Below are positions 35,930 through 46,786 of a DNA stretch of 64,000 nt, piece by piece. Under the pieces are notes generated by a model. The model was not told where the DNA came from, did no database searches, and worked only from the letters and a program-made list of their open reading frames with translations. The first letter of the stretch is position 1; every line of letters starts with the position of its first letter. Source of the stretch: Bacteroidales bacterium (GTDB lineage Bacteria; Bacteroidota; Bacteroidia; Bacteroidales; F082); assembly GCA_965140775.1 (NCBI GenBank), contig OZ223471.1, positions 3,042,198-3,106,197 of the forward strand. The letters are read 5' to 3'. A program made the position numbers and the translations under genes.

Positions 35930-38900
35930 TTGTCACGGTGTTGGAACAGGTGTAGCCTGAGCTGTCGGCGGTGACTGTGAGGGTGACGTTGTAAATTCCG
36001 CCATCTGCGTAAGCATGATTGAAAATGGGGTCGTCCTGGGTGGTGCCATCGCCCAAATCCCAGTCATAATCCACCAAAAAGTAGCCCGACGGTGCCGTGC
36101 TGGCATCTTCAAAATGGATGGTGTGGCAGGAGTCGACCACGTAGGTGAAGTCGGCTTGGGGTGGTTCAGAGATACTTACAGTATGAAGGGCGGTTTCGCT
36201 ACACCCGTTTTGGTCGGTAACGGTCAGTGTGACCTGCATCATACCCCAGGTGGTGTACATATGACTGATCATTTGTCCTGTACCCGTTTGTCCATCGCCA
36301 AAGTCCCATTGCCAGCTATTGATATTGGAGGTGCTGCTTCCAACAAAGTCGATGGGGGCTTCCATGCAGGAAATGCTGTCGCTCACGCTAAAATCCACAT
36401 CAGGTAGTTCATTTACCACGATATTACTTACAATGGAATCTGAACAGCCGTTCTGATCAGTGTAATGATAAATCAATTGATAACTGCCCGGGTTCTGGTA
36501 GGTATGTGTGGGGGTGGTTAATGTGGAGGTGGTTCCATCGCCAAACATCCACAAACGATCGATGATTTGAGCAGTTCCAGTGGGGGTATAGATGATGGAT
36601 TCTCCCAGACAAAACGGGCTGGGGGTGCTCATGGTAAAACCGTGGTCTATCTTGGGTCGGACTGTCAGGTTGGTGACGATCACGCTATCGCAACCATAGA
36701 TAGCTGTAGCAAGGGTATCGTAGTAAATCCCTGAGTTGTATTGCCATGCGCCTTGGGCAAAAATAGAGTCGTAGTGACAAAGGGTAATATCCACAGGAAT
36801 TTCATAGGTAGGCCGGATGGTTAAAATCATCTCATCGATGGAGTCGCAGTTGATGATATTGGCCGCTACCATGGTCAGGGTAACTTCTCCCATCTCATTG
36901 GGTCCTGGGACGTAGGTGGGTTGCAAAACGTGGGGATCGATAAAGTGTCCTGTGCCACTGGTTTCCCAGTAAAGGGTGGCATAGTGCATGGCAAAGGAGG
37001 AGTCGGCTGAATTATGAAAATCGTAGGGCTCTCCAAAGCAAACACTTTCATCGGATCCGGCATGGGCTGAAGCTCCGGGGATGACAACGAGTTGCATTGT
37101 GGAGGTGTCGTTGCCGCAGGGTGCCAAACCATAACCTACCATGGTCATGGTCAACGTATCGTTTTGAATCAAACCTTCTGAAGGATCGGGAAAATAGGTG
37201 GGGGCGATTTGTCTGGGATCATCAAAGTGTCCGATGCCGCTGGTAAACCAACGGATGGAGTCGTAGTTGGTGGCGGTGGGTGGGGTTTCCAGTCGGGATA
37301 GATTAAAATATACATCCTGACAGGTGATGGTGTCGTTGCCGGCGGTGACTTGACAGGTGCCATTGATAATGAGTTCCTTTTCCACATGTTGAGAGCAAAC
37401 AGCTAAAGACACAATCACCGTATCTGCTTGGAGGTATGTGTGATCAACCGAATGACCGACAGTGCTATTTCCATCACCAAAATCCCAGTTCCATGGTGTG
37501 AAATTGGCTTCTCCCACCTCATTCATCTCCACCAAGTAATTCTGACAGCTCGTGGGTGGGGTAATGGTGAAATCCAAAGCTGACATATCAACCAAAACGC
37601 GGGTATGTGACGCTGTATTCTCACACCCATTTCCATTGGTAACAATGGAGATAACAGAAAATGTCCCGTCCGTTAGATACGCATGGGTGGTATTTTGTCC
37701 GGCACCGGTTGTTCCATCTCCAAATTGCCACGACCAGTTAATGATATCCGCTGTCCCAACTCCCGAAAAGGCAACAACCTCATTTACACAACTTGAATCG
37801 TTGGGAGACATAGAAAAATCACATTGGGGCAGGCTATTAATAATAACAGTCGTGGTAACTACATCAGAACAATTATTTTGATTGTTGGTAGTAAGCGTGA
37901 CTTGATAACCCCCCGCATTTGTGTATGAATGAATGGCATTCTGTCCGGTTACAAGAGCAGTTCCATCTCCAAAATCCCACTGCCAGTCAACAACCACTGT
38001 TCCATTGTTATCTGTGCCTTGGAAACTTATAGGGGATTGAGCACAAACGGTATTACCCGGCACGACATTGATTTGGGCATCAGGTATTTGAAATATCTCT
38101 ATGGGCAAAGTCGCTGTACCAGCACAGGCATGTTGGTTGGTAACAACCAATTGAACATCAAAAACACCACCATTTAAATAGGCATGTTGCGGGTTTTGAT
38201 CACTACTTAAAATACCATCACCAAAATCCCATGCCCAGGAAATCACGTCACTGGAACTTGCATCTGAAAAGTCGATGATATCACCCTCGCACGCCAATCC
38301 TGTTGGTGACATGGCAAATCCAGCAGTGGGCACTTCGTTAACCACCACCGTTTCCGTCACCACATCTGTACATCCTCCCGCACTAACTACCGACAAACTC
38401 ACTGTGTAGGTACCTGAAGCGCTGTAGGTATGACTGGTAGTTTGACCGGAAAAGCCCGGGCTTCCATCTCCAAAATCCCATTGCCAGTCGGTAATGGTGG
38501 TGGCATTGAGATCAAATCCGCTTAAGCTAATGAGTGAATTGGCACAAATGGTTGACCCCGGAGTCATGTCAATTTGTATGTCAGGTACCTGATAAATCTG
38601 TATTGGGGTGATAATGGAATGGGTACATCCATTGGAGTTGGTCACGGTCAGTTCCACATCAAACCATCCAAAACTTGTATAACTATGATCAGGATTTTGA
38701 AGTATACTTGTGGTTCCGTCACCAAAATCCCATGCCCATAAAACGACATCACTGCTGCTATTATCGGTAAACTGGATTAATTCTCCCAAACAGGCTGATC
38801 CTGAAGGTAACATTGCAAAGGCAGCCACCGGAATTTCTTGTACAGTAATTGTTTCAGTCACCACATCTTCACAACCTCCGCTATTGGTCATGGACAACTC

Positions 38901-41414
38901 AACCGTGTACGTGCCCGGATTAACATACGCATGGGTGGGATTCTGTACATTGGAAAATGGTGTTCCATCGCCAAAATCCCATTGCCAAGTCACAATCGCA
39001 GTTCCATTCTGATCTATTCCCTGAAAACTTACAGCAGATTGGGCGCATACTGTGGTACCGGGACTTATATTCATGGACGCATAAGGCTCCTGAACCACCA
39101 CCATTGAGTTGCTAACCGAATTGGTACAATTGTACGGATTCGTCACCGTGAGTTGAACATTGTAGTTACCTTGGGTAGCGTAGCTATGTGTAGGATTCTG
39201 AGCCGAACTTACGAATCCATCTCCAAAATTCCACGACCAGGAAACTACATTGCTCGAACTGGCATCCGTAAAGTTAATGATCTGATTCACGCATACAGGG
39301 CTGGGAGGTGTTGTAACAAAGCTTACGGAAGGCGTTTGTCTGATGAAAACTGTATGACTTACCTCTCCGGGACAACCATCGGCACTTAAAACATTTAATT
39401 GAACAAGATAGGTTCCTGAAGTGGAATAAGTATGCGTAACATTTTGACCCGAAACGATGGGAGAGCCATCGCCAAAATCCCATTGCCAACTGACAATATT
39501 GGACGCGCTGGTTCCACTAAAAGTCTGTGGTGTAGAAGCACATACTTCTAACCCCGGAGATACCGTAAAATCCGCATCAGCGTTGCCTCCGATGGTTAAA
39601 ATCATAGAAGTGGTAATGCTTGGGCATGGCGAAAAACCGAAAATCTCCATTGTTAGCGTAACATTCCCTGTTTCGTTGATGTCGGGCAAATAAGTGGGCC
39701 AGAGGGCATGGGGATTGGTGAAGGTTCCCAAACCTCCTGACCAAAAAATATCGCTGTAATTAACGGCCGTGGGCGGCACAGCTGAATTGGCAAAATCAAA
39801 GGGTTGGGCCTGACAGATTGTTTCATTGGATCCGGCATCACCTGTGGCTTGTGGTTCAACGCTCACCCCAATGGCATCGGTGGAACTACAGTCCTGAAGC
39901 GTACCTACTACACTATATGTTCCTGCTGTACTCACGGTGATTGTTTGAGAGGTAGCTCCTGTATTCCACAAATAACTGTCAAAACCGGCGCCGGCATCCA
40001 AAATAACCGATCCGCCTGAACAAATGGACTGGTCTGGACCCAGGTTGATCGGTGGAGCTTCTATTATCTGTACATCTGTTGTAAAATCCTGTGAAACGCC
40101 ATTGATGACAACGGTTGCCGTAATGGTAAAAGTTCCCGGAGCTGTAAAAATATGTGTTGGATTCTCCAAAGTAGAGGTGTTACTGGATCCGGATGCGGGA
40201 TCACCGAAATTCCACAGGATGGATTGTATGGGATCAGACGTTTGAATGCTGAAGGTGGTGGTTTCTCCAAAACAGGTGTTTTCGTAGGAGATGTTGGCGG
40301 AAAAATAGCTTTGGATGAAGGTAGGGAGGCCAAGTCTTCCATTTTTTCCATCGAGAAAAACTGCATCATGCACAAAGTCACACGCAGTTCCCAACAAATT
40401 GGGTGAGTTTATAGCCCCTAAATAATCACTAAAATCAAGCGAAACATAAATCTTCTGATCAGGTCCCAACTGCAAAGCCCCCATTTCATTTGTTGGAGAA
40501 ACTCCAACAGTAGTTACCGAGTTAACAATCCCGGTTGGGGAACCAGCCGAAAGGTCGGCTTGTAATATTTGGGCTTGATTTCTAATAACCCCCATATACA
40601 ACCGGGTCTCATCTGGAGAAAATTCTATACCATAAGCACCAACGTATCCTGTAAATGAAATGGGATTTGAAACATGGCCTGTAGATCTATCAAAATTACA
40701 CAACTCAAATCTGGCCAGAGTCCCATGCATCGCACAGGCTACATAATTTCCCAAAGGTGATGCCTTTAAATAACCTACATAATTGGATACCGGATCACCT
40801 TGATACGTGCCCACATTACTAATGATGCCCGTGGCGCTTACACCAGACGATGTTACAAGAAATGAATAGTATGAGTTAGAATTTCTGGTATGCGTAACCA
40901 CCCATACATCAACCCCATTTGAATGAGAAACTGCGGTAATACGTTCCGTTACAGGATCCAGTAAGTAGGTGTTTTTAACAGTAACCCTTCCCAATCCACC
41001 ATTCAGACTCATATCCACAAGCGAGTAATACAGGTTGGCGCCATTTGGATCGTACGCAGCCGGAACCGTAAAAACATAATATAAATCTCCTGAACCTGGT
41101 TTACGGACAATGATCGCCGATTGTGTAGAAGAAAAGTCGCCAAAGAGACCTGTCCCGTTGTCCATCACTTGATGATTCGCATTCCAAATGGTAGTTCCTT
41201 CCGTGTAAAATAATAAGTTACCATTAATATCGGAAATGGTAGCGCAACCTTCTCTGGTACTAAGGGCTCCATCAGTTAAAGCCACAGGAGACCCTGAAGA
41301 GAAATTAATCCCAGCGTTATCTCCGAAATACCAATTATTGGCCTCATTTTGAGAGAACCCACTTAAAATTGCAAGACTAAAAAGGAGTAATAGAGTTATT
41401 TTATTGTAATTCAT
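30747..41414 (-). CDS. giant (3555 aa) T9SS cargo: N-terminal NWYFG-type propeller-like domain, about 30 PKD-like repeats, type-B (gliding-motility/CHU_C) C-terminal sorting domain
   Basis: The product has a signal peptide. The N-terminus reads ANNWYFGDNAGINF. The repeating unit W.WDFGDG....QNP.H.Y...G.Y.V.L.V....GC recurs throughout. The C-terminus reads YVPNAFSP...GWDGTY.GQPLPTGTYIWRI. Confidence 0.9.
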   Translation of the reverse strand: MNYNKITLLLLFSLAILSGFSQNEANNWYFGDNAGINFSSGSPVALTDGALSTREGCATISDINGNLLFYTEGTTIWNANHQVMDNGTGLFGDFSSTQSAIIVRKPGSGDLYYVFTVPAAYDPNGANLYYSLVDMSLNGGLGRVTVKNTYLLDPVTERITAVSHSNGVDVWVVTHTRNSNSYYSFLVTSSGVSATGIISNVGTYQGDPVSNYVGYLKASPLGNYVACAMHGTLARFELCNFDRSTGHVSNPISFTGYVGAYGIEFSPDETRLYMGVIRNQAQILQADLSAGSPTGIVNSVTTVGVSPTNEMGALQLGPDQKIYVSLDFSDYLGAINSPNLLGTACDFVHDAVFLDGKNGRLGLPTFIQSYFSANISYENTCFGETTTFSIQTSDPIQSILWNFGDPASGSSNTSTLENPTHIFTAPGTFTITATVVINGVSQDFTTDVQIIEAPPINLGPDQSICSGGSVILDAGAGFDSYLWNTGATSQTITVSTAGTYSVVGTLQDCSSTDAIGVSVEPQATGDAGSNETICQAQPFDFANSAVPPTAVNYSDIFWSGGLGTFTNPHALWPTYLPDINETGNVTLTMEIFGFSPCPSITTSMILTIGGNADADFTVSPGLEVCASTPQTFSGTSASNIVSWQWDFGDGSPIVSGQNVTHTYSTSGTYLVQLNVLSADGCPGEVSHTVFIRQTPSVSFVTTPPSPVCVNQIINFTDASSSNVVSWSWNFGDGFVSSAQNPTHSYATQGNYNVQLTVTNPYNCTNSVSNSMVVVQEPYASMNISPGTTVCAQSAVSFQGIDQNGTAIVTWQWDFGDGTPFSNVQNPTHAYVNPGTYTVELSMTNSGGCEDVVTETITVQEIPVAAFAMLPSGSACLGELIQFTDNSSSDVVLWAWDFGDGTTSILQNPDHSYTSFGWFDVELTVTNSNGCTHSIITPIQIYQVPDIQIDMTPGSTICANSLISLSGFDLNATTITDWQWDFGDGSPGFSGQTTSHTYSASGTYTVSLSVVSAGGCTDVVTETVVVNEVPTAGFAMSPTGLACEGDIIDFSDASSSDVISWAWDFGDGILSSDQNPQHAYLNGGVFDVQLVVTNQHACAGTATLPIEIFQIPDAQINVVPGNTVCAQSPISFQGTDNNGTVVVDWQWDFGDGTALVTGQNAIHSYTNAGGYQVTLTTNNQNNCSDVVTTTVIINSLPQCDFSMSPNDSSCVNEVVAFSGVGTADIINWSWQFGDGTTGAGQNTTHAYLTDGTFSVISIVTNGNGCENTASHTRVLVDMSALDFTITPPTSCQNYLVEMNEVGEANFTPWNWDFGDGNSTVGHSVDHTYLQADTVIVSLAVCSQHVEKELIINGTCQVTAGNDTITCQDVYFNLSRLETPPTATNYDSIRWFTSGIGHFDDPRQIAPTYFPDPSEGLIQNDTLTMTMVGYGLAPCGNDTSTMQLVVIPGASAHAGSDESVCFGEPYDFHNSADSSFAMHYATLYWETSGTGHFIDPHVLQPTYVPGPNEMGEVTLTMVAANIINCDSIDEMILTIRPTYEIPVDITLCHYDSIFAQGAWQYNSGIYYDTLATAIYGCDSVIVTNLTVRPKIDHGFTMSTPSPFCLGESIIYTPTGTAQIIDRLWMFGDGTTSTLTTPTHTYQNPGSYQLIYHYTDQNGCSDSIVSNIVVNELPDVDFSVSDSISCMEAPIDFVGSSTSNINSWQWDFGDGQTGTGQMISHMYTTWGMMQVTLTVTDQNGCSETALHTVSISEPPQADFTYVVDSCHTIHFEDASTAPSGYFLVDYDWDLGDGTTQDDPIFNHAYADGGIYNVTLTVTADSSGYTCSNTVTMPVIVPNTPTIYYTWDPEPTCLMDTTFFYGASGTPITDWYWNFDDGHDTTGQYAGHVFDNPGTYDVILYITDTNLCQNSLSQQVTINPIPQVSMQIFDSPTCAQSMTSFQGSADTGIEFWWWDFGDGGISEDQNPVHSYTNGGTYTVTLTATDSAGCSATATGEIIVVPTPTADFSYTMSGCNLFAFTDNSTLPPGYQPYSRLWDFGDGSTSDVPNPVHTYATGGFYDVKLVFTSDSLTYQCSDSITKTVQAPNTPNATFTWAPNPAQAGDNIGFFATSGSTITNWAWDFADGGTATGQNATHTYTNPGDYDVSLTVTDVNGCTFETVIQVHVGGLPPVDFSWNNACENTPIQFTTDASVTDVGAVAIYDWDFGDGTGSNNQDPLHTYVNANMYNVTLTIIDTLGYTNSVTHQVEVMPEPISMFSISSPNCENSETFFEDYSIPLSGYLTTWEWDFGDGNTATINFPDDPDVSHIYPGTGTYTAMLTVTTSDGCQATNSQDVTITPSPIAQIDYDAGCMSGPISFHDVSSENGAGSIIAWQWNFGDPASGSSNQSSQSDPTHLFSGPGTYEVTLSIQSQSNCTDADTIEITITDAPEVDFTFTPACMHEPVSFTITDLTGLDQYFWDFGDGHTSQQPDPENTYDSPGDFQVSLTVQTTDGCTATQTQTVTVNPLPQAGFEYSQPTCVGDTIFFLNLSNSPNGAIVKWEWDFDDGNTETILAPNGGNTSHVYANDQSYDVTLTVTDSDSCQNTVTRTVISVASPVAEFNWEDACFGQPTQFYDLTNNTPDIGSWYWDFGDPLSGNTNTSTYQNPTHVFSSPGDYTVTLIVTNTQGCDDTITHDLSVNPAPDVSFTMSSDTLCANTPVSFAGTSTAQISTWYWDFGDGGYALTQNADYLYNAPGTYTVTLTITDLAGCEASTSEQIVVKDPPLANFSYQNACLGDTTYFTDESYSQLGYIAGWEWDLGDGSTANIQNPTHLYATNDDFQVTLIATDNYGCADTIRQWVKVRTRPIAKIESFVQVCDPAGQVYFFDGSEPGADGSPIQTWEWNLNEGYYSTEIDPEYIYDITDTCYQVTLTVTDDNACYSTDTVEVCVFGQLEVEITADQVCLTQPTTFYAHYLPENDSVASYSWNFHDGTPQITTYHDSIQHTFANPGLYNVELMAVDTNGCSAYASLEITIDSLPTPRFSYEAGACDTPMQFTDESLHGGNFIQSWLWDFGDPLSSEPNTSTAQNPTHLYSPNDSSYQVKLIVTNFTGCTDSITQTVYTRACLIANFYVPDTINLCALTEVCFADSSVFLTQNGNITQWDWDFGDGNTDSYTSFQSHACHSYQDNQGGTYQVTLTVTGEIGTQTYTNTITKEVLIRPTPMAAIVVQNNCLGDITYFMDGSETYSEPITAWRWDFGDTSTDADTAIIANPTYLYPAYDNYLTELIVANQWGCTDTTTTEVTIFKPPTAEFSWAETCQGYYTYFTDESTADSAQITNYFWHFGDPYTMDSVSDLQNPYHIYDSIDSYTVTMQITDANFCRSQISHEIEIYPVPTALFTLTEDWEGRQGQVKLDNLSLCDTIDYFWDFDDTYTSTEENPIHQYEYDSDPIYNLTLVATNTYGCPDTLIYPYELLFTGLYVPNAFSPSVADPTFNTFKPVGINLSEYKLEVFSSWGNLVFSSTLLENGQVAEGWDGTYEGQPLPTGTYIWRITARFSDDSYWRGSDNGDGNLETHGTVTLIR

Positions 41415-41535
41415 GCTATTGCAGATAGACAGCCCCTAACAAACCGAAATCAGATTATTTGTCTGTTTAGAAAAATTGAACGGTTAATTTTTAACAAGAA
41501 TTCATACAGCTAACAGACCGATGAATTCTCCAAAT

Positions 41536-41543
41536 CAAATGTA
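41536..41543 (-). promoter_or_regulatory. candidate -7 box TAcaTTTG upstream of giant gene 1
   Basis: The minus strand reads TATACATTTG about 122 nt upstream of ATG 41414. The same ACATTTG core occurs upstream of giant gene 2. Confidence 0.3.
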
Positions 41544-41603
41544 TAAAATAATAGGTTTGAGAATGATTATTATTATAATTTAAAAATATTACAAATAAGG
41601 AAC

Positions 41604-44600
41604 TTATCGGATCAAAGTTACAGTTCCGTGGGTTTCTAAATTGCCGTCGCCATTGTCGCTGCCGCGCCAGTAGCTGTCATCGCTAAAGCGTGCCGTGATG
41701 CGCCAGATGTAAGTGCCCGTGGGCAAAGGCTGACCTTCGTAGGTGCCATCCCAGCCCTCGGCTACCTGTCCGTTCTCAAGACGGGTGCTGCTAAAGACCA
41801 GGTTGCCCCAGCCGGAGAATACTTCCAGCTTGTACTCACTCAGGTTGATACCCACCGGCTTGAAGGTGTTAAAGGTCTCATCCGCCACCGAAGGACTAAA
41901 GGCATTGGGTACATACAGCCCCGTGAACAGCAGCTCATAAGGGTAAATGAGCGTGTCGGGACAGCCATAGGTGTTGGTGGCTACAAGGGTCAGGTTATAA
42001 ATTGGATCACTGTCGTACTCGTACTGGTGGATGGGACTTTCTTCCGTTGTGGTGTAGGTGTCGTCAAAATTCCAGAAATAGTCGATGGTATCGCACAGGG
42101 AGAGGTTGTCCAGCTTCACCTGTCCCTGTCTGCCTTCCCAGTCTTCGGTCAGGGTGAAAAGGGCCGTGGGAACGGGATAGATCTCGATTTCATGGCTGAT
42201 TTGGCTCCTGCAGAAGTTGGCATCGGTGATTTGCATGGTTACCGTGTAGCTGTCGATGGAATCGTAGATGTGGTAGGGGTTCTGAAGGTCACTCACGCTG
42301 TCCATGGTGTATGGATCGCCAAAATGCCAGAAGTAGTTAGTGATCTGTGCACTGTCGGCTGTGCTTTCATCGGTGAAGTAGGTGTAGTATCCCTGACAGG
42401 TTTCTGCCCAGCTAAACTCCGCCGTGGGTGGCTTGAAGATGGTCACCTCCGTACTGGTGGTGTCTGTACATCCCCACTGGTTGGCTACAATGAGTTCGGT
42501 GAGGTAGTTGTCGTATGCCGGATACAGGTAGGTGGGGTTGGCGATAATGGCCGTGTCGGCATCGGTTGAGGTGTCACCAAAGTCCCAACGCCAACTGGTG
42601 ATGGGATCTCCATAGTTATCACTGCCATCCATGAAGAAGGTGATGTCGCCCAGACAGTTGTTCTGAACGATGATTGCTGCCATGGGGGTGGGACGTATGA
42701 GCACTTCCTTGGTGATGGTGTTGGTGTAGGTTTGGGTGCCAATCTCTCCGGTAACCGTCAGGGTGACCTGGTAGGTGCCGCCTTGGTTGTCCTGGTAACT
42801 ATGGCAGGCATGGCTTTGGAAGCTGTTGTAGCTCTCAGTGGTGCCATCGCCAAAGTCCCAATCCCATTGGGTGATGTTGCCGTTTTGGGTCAAAAATACG
42901 GAGCTGTCGGCAAAGCATACTTCTGTTAGTGCACACAAATTAATGGTGTCGGGTACGTAGAAGTCGGCTATCAAACAAGCCCTGGTATAGACCGTCTGGA
43001 CAATGGAGTCGGTGCAGCCGGTAAAGTTGGTGACAATGAGCTTGACCTGGTAGCTGCTGTCGTTGGGTGAATACAGGTGGGTGGGGTTCTGATCGGTGGA
43101 GGTGTTGGGCTCCGTGCTGAGTGGATCGCCAAAGTCCCACAACCAGCTTTGAATAAAGTTGCCTCCATTTATTGATTCGTCCGTGAACTGCATGGGGGTA
43201 TCACAGGCTCCTGCCTCGTAGCTAAAGCGTGGGGTGGGCAGGGAGTCTATGGTGATTTCCAGACTGGCGTAGGCCGAGCAGCCATTGGTGTCCACGGCCA
43301 TGAGCTCTACATTGTAAAGCCCGGGATTGGCAAAGGTGTGTTGGATGCTGTCGTGGTAAGTGGTAATCTGTGGGGTGCCATCGTGGAAGTTCCAGCTGTA
43401 GCTGGCCACGCTGTCGTTCTCGGGCAGGTAGTGGGCATAGAAGGTCGTGGGCTGTGTCAAACAAACCTGATCGGCGGTGATTTCTACTTCCAATTGTCCA
43501 AACACGCAGACTTCTACCGTGTCGGTGGAGTAACACGCGTTGTCATCGGTCACTGTCAGGGTTACCTGGTAACAGGTGTCGGTGATATCGTAGATGTACT
43601 CGGGATCGATTTCTGTGCTGTAGTAGCCTTCGTTAAGGTTCCATTCCCAGGTTTGTATCGGGCTGCCATCGGCTCCGGGCTCGCTGCCATCAAAGAAGTA
43701 AACCTGTCCGGCAGGATCACATACCTGGACAAAGCTTTCGATCTTGGCGATGGGGCGGGTTCTTACCTTCACCCATTGGCGGATGGTGTCGGCACAGCCG
43801 TAGTTGTCCGTGGCAATGAGGGTTACCTGAAAGTCGTCGTTGGTGGCGTACAGGTGGGTGGGGTTTTGGATGTTGGCGGTGCTGCCATCGCCCAAATCCC
43901 ATTCCCAGCCGGCAATGTAGCCCAGCTGACTGTAGCTCTCATCGGTGAAGTAGGTGGTGTCGCCCAAACAGGCATTCTGGTAGCTAAAGTTGGCCAGGGG
44001 TGGATCTTTGACGATGATCTGCTCACTGGTGGAGGCCTCACAGCCTGCCAGGTCGGTGACCGTCAGTGTCACGGTGTAAGTGCCGGGGGCGTTGTACAGG
44101 TAGTCGGCATTTTGGGTCAGGGCATAGCCGCCATCGCCAAAGTCCCAGTACCAGGTGCTGATCTGTGCGGTGGAGGTGCCTGCAAAGCTTACCGGGGTGT
44201 TGGCACACAGGGTGTCGCTGCTCATGGTAAAGCTCACATCGGGGGCGGGGTTCACGCTCAGATCGTGGGTGATGGTGTCGTCGCAGCCCTGGGTGTTGGT
44301 CACAATCAGGGTGACGGTGTAATCGCCCGGGCTACTGAACACGTGGGTGGGGTTTTGGTAGGTGCTGGTGTTGGTGTTGCCCGAGAGGGGGTCGCCAAAG
44401 TCCCAGTACCAACTGCCAATGTCGGGGGTGTTGTTGGTCAGATCATAAAACTGGGTGGGCTGGCCAAAGCAGGCGTCTTCCCAGTTGAACTCTGCCACGG
44501 GACTGGCTACGGAGATCACCGTTCTGGTGACCGTGTTCTGACAGCTGTCGGAGTCGGTAACAGTCAGGGTGACATCGTAGCTTTGGTCGTTGGCATACAC

Positions 44601-46786
44601 GTGGCTGGTGTTGCCGCCATTGGGTGCCAGGATGGTTTCGGTATTGCCATCGTCAAAGTCCCATTCCCATTTTACAATGGCGCCATTGGGGCTGTTGCTC
44701 AGGTTTAAGAAGAAGATGGTATCGCCGACGCAGGTGGGCTGACTGTATTCAAAGCTGGCCTGTGGCAGGGGGTTCACCGTTACCGTTTGGGTTTGGGTGG
44801 CCGTGCAGCCATCGGTGGTTTGTACGGTTAAGCTTACCTGGAAGTCGCCGGGGCTGTCGTAGGTGTTTTCGGGATCGGGCTGCTGGCTGGTGTGGCCATC
44901 GCCAAAGTCCCAAAAGTATTGATCCAGTCCTGTCAGGTCGGTGATGGTAAAGCTTACCGGTTCATGCATACAGGCGGGGGTGAAAGTAAAGTCCACTTCG
45001 GGGGCATCGGTGATGGTGATTTCTATGGTGTCGGCATCCGTGCAGTTGCTTTGGCTTTGAATGCTTAAGGTGACTTCATAGGTGCCCGGACCGCTGAACA
45101 AGTGGGTGGGATCGCTCTGGCTGCTCTGGTTGGAGGATCCACTGGCGGGGTCGCCAAAGTTCCACTGCCATGCCATGATGGTGCCGGCGCCGTTTTCACT
45201 GCTCACGTCATGGAAGCTGATGGGTCCGCTCATGCAGCCCGCATCGTAGTCGATCTGGGCAATGGGTGATGGGGTGATGGTGACGTCCTGGCTATTGGTT
45301 GCCTGACAGCCATCGCTGGTGGTGACCGTTAGCATGGCGGTGTAGGTGCCTGTACCTGGGTAAATGTGGCTTACATCGGGATCGTCGGGGAAGTTGATGG
45401 TTGCTGTATTGCCATCGCCAAAGTCCCACTCCCAGGTGGTGAGATAGCCGCTCAGGGCAATGCTGTAGTCTTCAAAGAAGGTTTCTGAGTTCTCGCAGTT
45501 GGGACTGCTGATGGAAAACATGCTGATGGGCTCGGGCATCACTTCTACCTGGTGGGTAACACTGTTGGTATATCCCAGGGTGTCGATAATGGTGAGGGTG
45601 ACATTGTACATGTTCGCGTTGAGGTAGGTGTGCAGGGGATCCTGGTTGTTGCTGCTTGTGCCATCGCCAAAGTCCCAGTCGTAGATGGCCACGGCACCCA
45701 CATCGGTTATGGTGGCATCGGTGGTGAACTGGATGGGGGTGTTTTCGCAGGCGTTGTCCCAGGTGAAATCAACAGGGGGTAGTCCGCCTACGTTTACTTG
45801 TATCACGGTTTCAAAGGTGCAGCCGTTTACATCGGTGACGGTCAGGCTCACATCGTAGTCGCCGGGGTTGGTGTAGGTGTGGGTGGTGTTTTGTCCCGTG
45901 GCTGTGCCGCCATCGGCAAAGTCCCATGCCCAGTTGGTGATGGTGCTGCCGCTGGTGGCAAAAAAGCCGATGTTGTCGCCTGCCTGGGCGGGGTTGGGTG
46001 CCCAGGTGAAGGTGGCATTGGGGGTGTTGGGGGCTTGCACGGTCTTGGTGATGCTGTCGCTGCATTGGTATGTCAGGCTATCGCTGGTGAACACCAGTTT
46101 GACATCGTAGAAGCCTCCCGTGGCATAGGTGTGTACGGGATTGGGGACATCGGAGGTGCTGCCATCACCAAAGTCCCAGAGTCTGCTATAGGGCTGATAG
46201 CCCGGGGGCAGGGTGCTGTTGTCGGTAAAGGCAAACAGGTTGCAGCCGCTCATGGTGTAACTAAAGTCGGCCGTGGGGGTGGGTACCACGATAATCTCTC
46301 CTGTGGCAGTTGCGGAGCAGCCTGCCGAGTCGGTGGCGGTTAAGGTGACGGTGTAGGTGCCGCCATTGGTGTAGCTGTGAACGGGGTTTTGGTCTTCGCT
46401 GATGCCGCCATCGCCAAAGTCCCACCACCAGAATTCGATGCCGGTATCGGCACTTCCCTGGAAACTGGTCATACTTTGGGCGCAGGTGGGTGAATCAAAG
46501 ATTTGCATGCTCACCTGTGGGATGGGGTTGATGGTGACTTGTTGGCTTAGACTGTTCTGGCACAGGTTGGTGTCGGTGATGTAGAGGATCACGTCATAAG
46601 TTCCGGGGTTGTCGAACACGTGTCCGGCATATTGTCCGGTGGTGTCGTGGCCATCGTCGAAGTTCCAGTACCAATCGGTGATGGGGGTGCCCGAAGCGCC
46701 GTAGAAGAAGGTGGTGTCCATCAAACAGGTGGGCTCGGGATCCCAGGTGTAGTAGATGGTGGGGGTGTTGGGGACGATTACGGGCA
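41604..46786. repeat. 5,183-bp direct repeat, copy 2 (3' portion of giant gene 2)
   Basis: See copy 1. The antisense ORFs 32365-32679 and 43222-43536 translate identically over 104 aa. Confidence 0.9.

Noticed and set aside
30747-46786. Diversity-generating retroelement (template/variable repeat) as an explanation for the two near-identical blocks.
   Set aside because: - There is no reverse transcriptase gene.
- The block is 5.2 kb rather than about 100-150 bp.
- Substitutions include both A/G and T/C changes on the same strand rather than adenine-specific mutagenesis.
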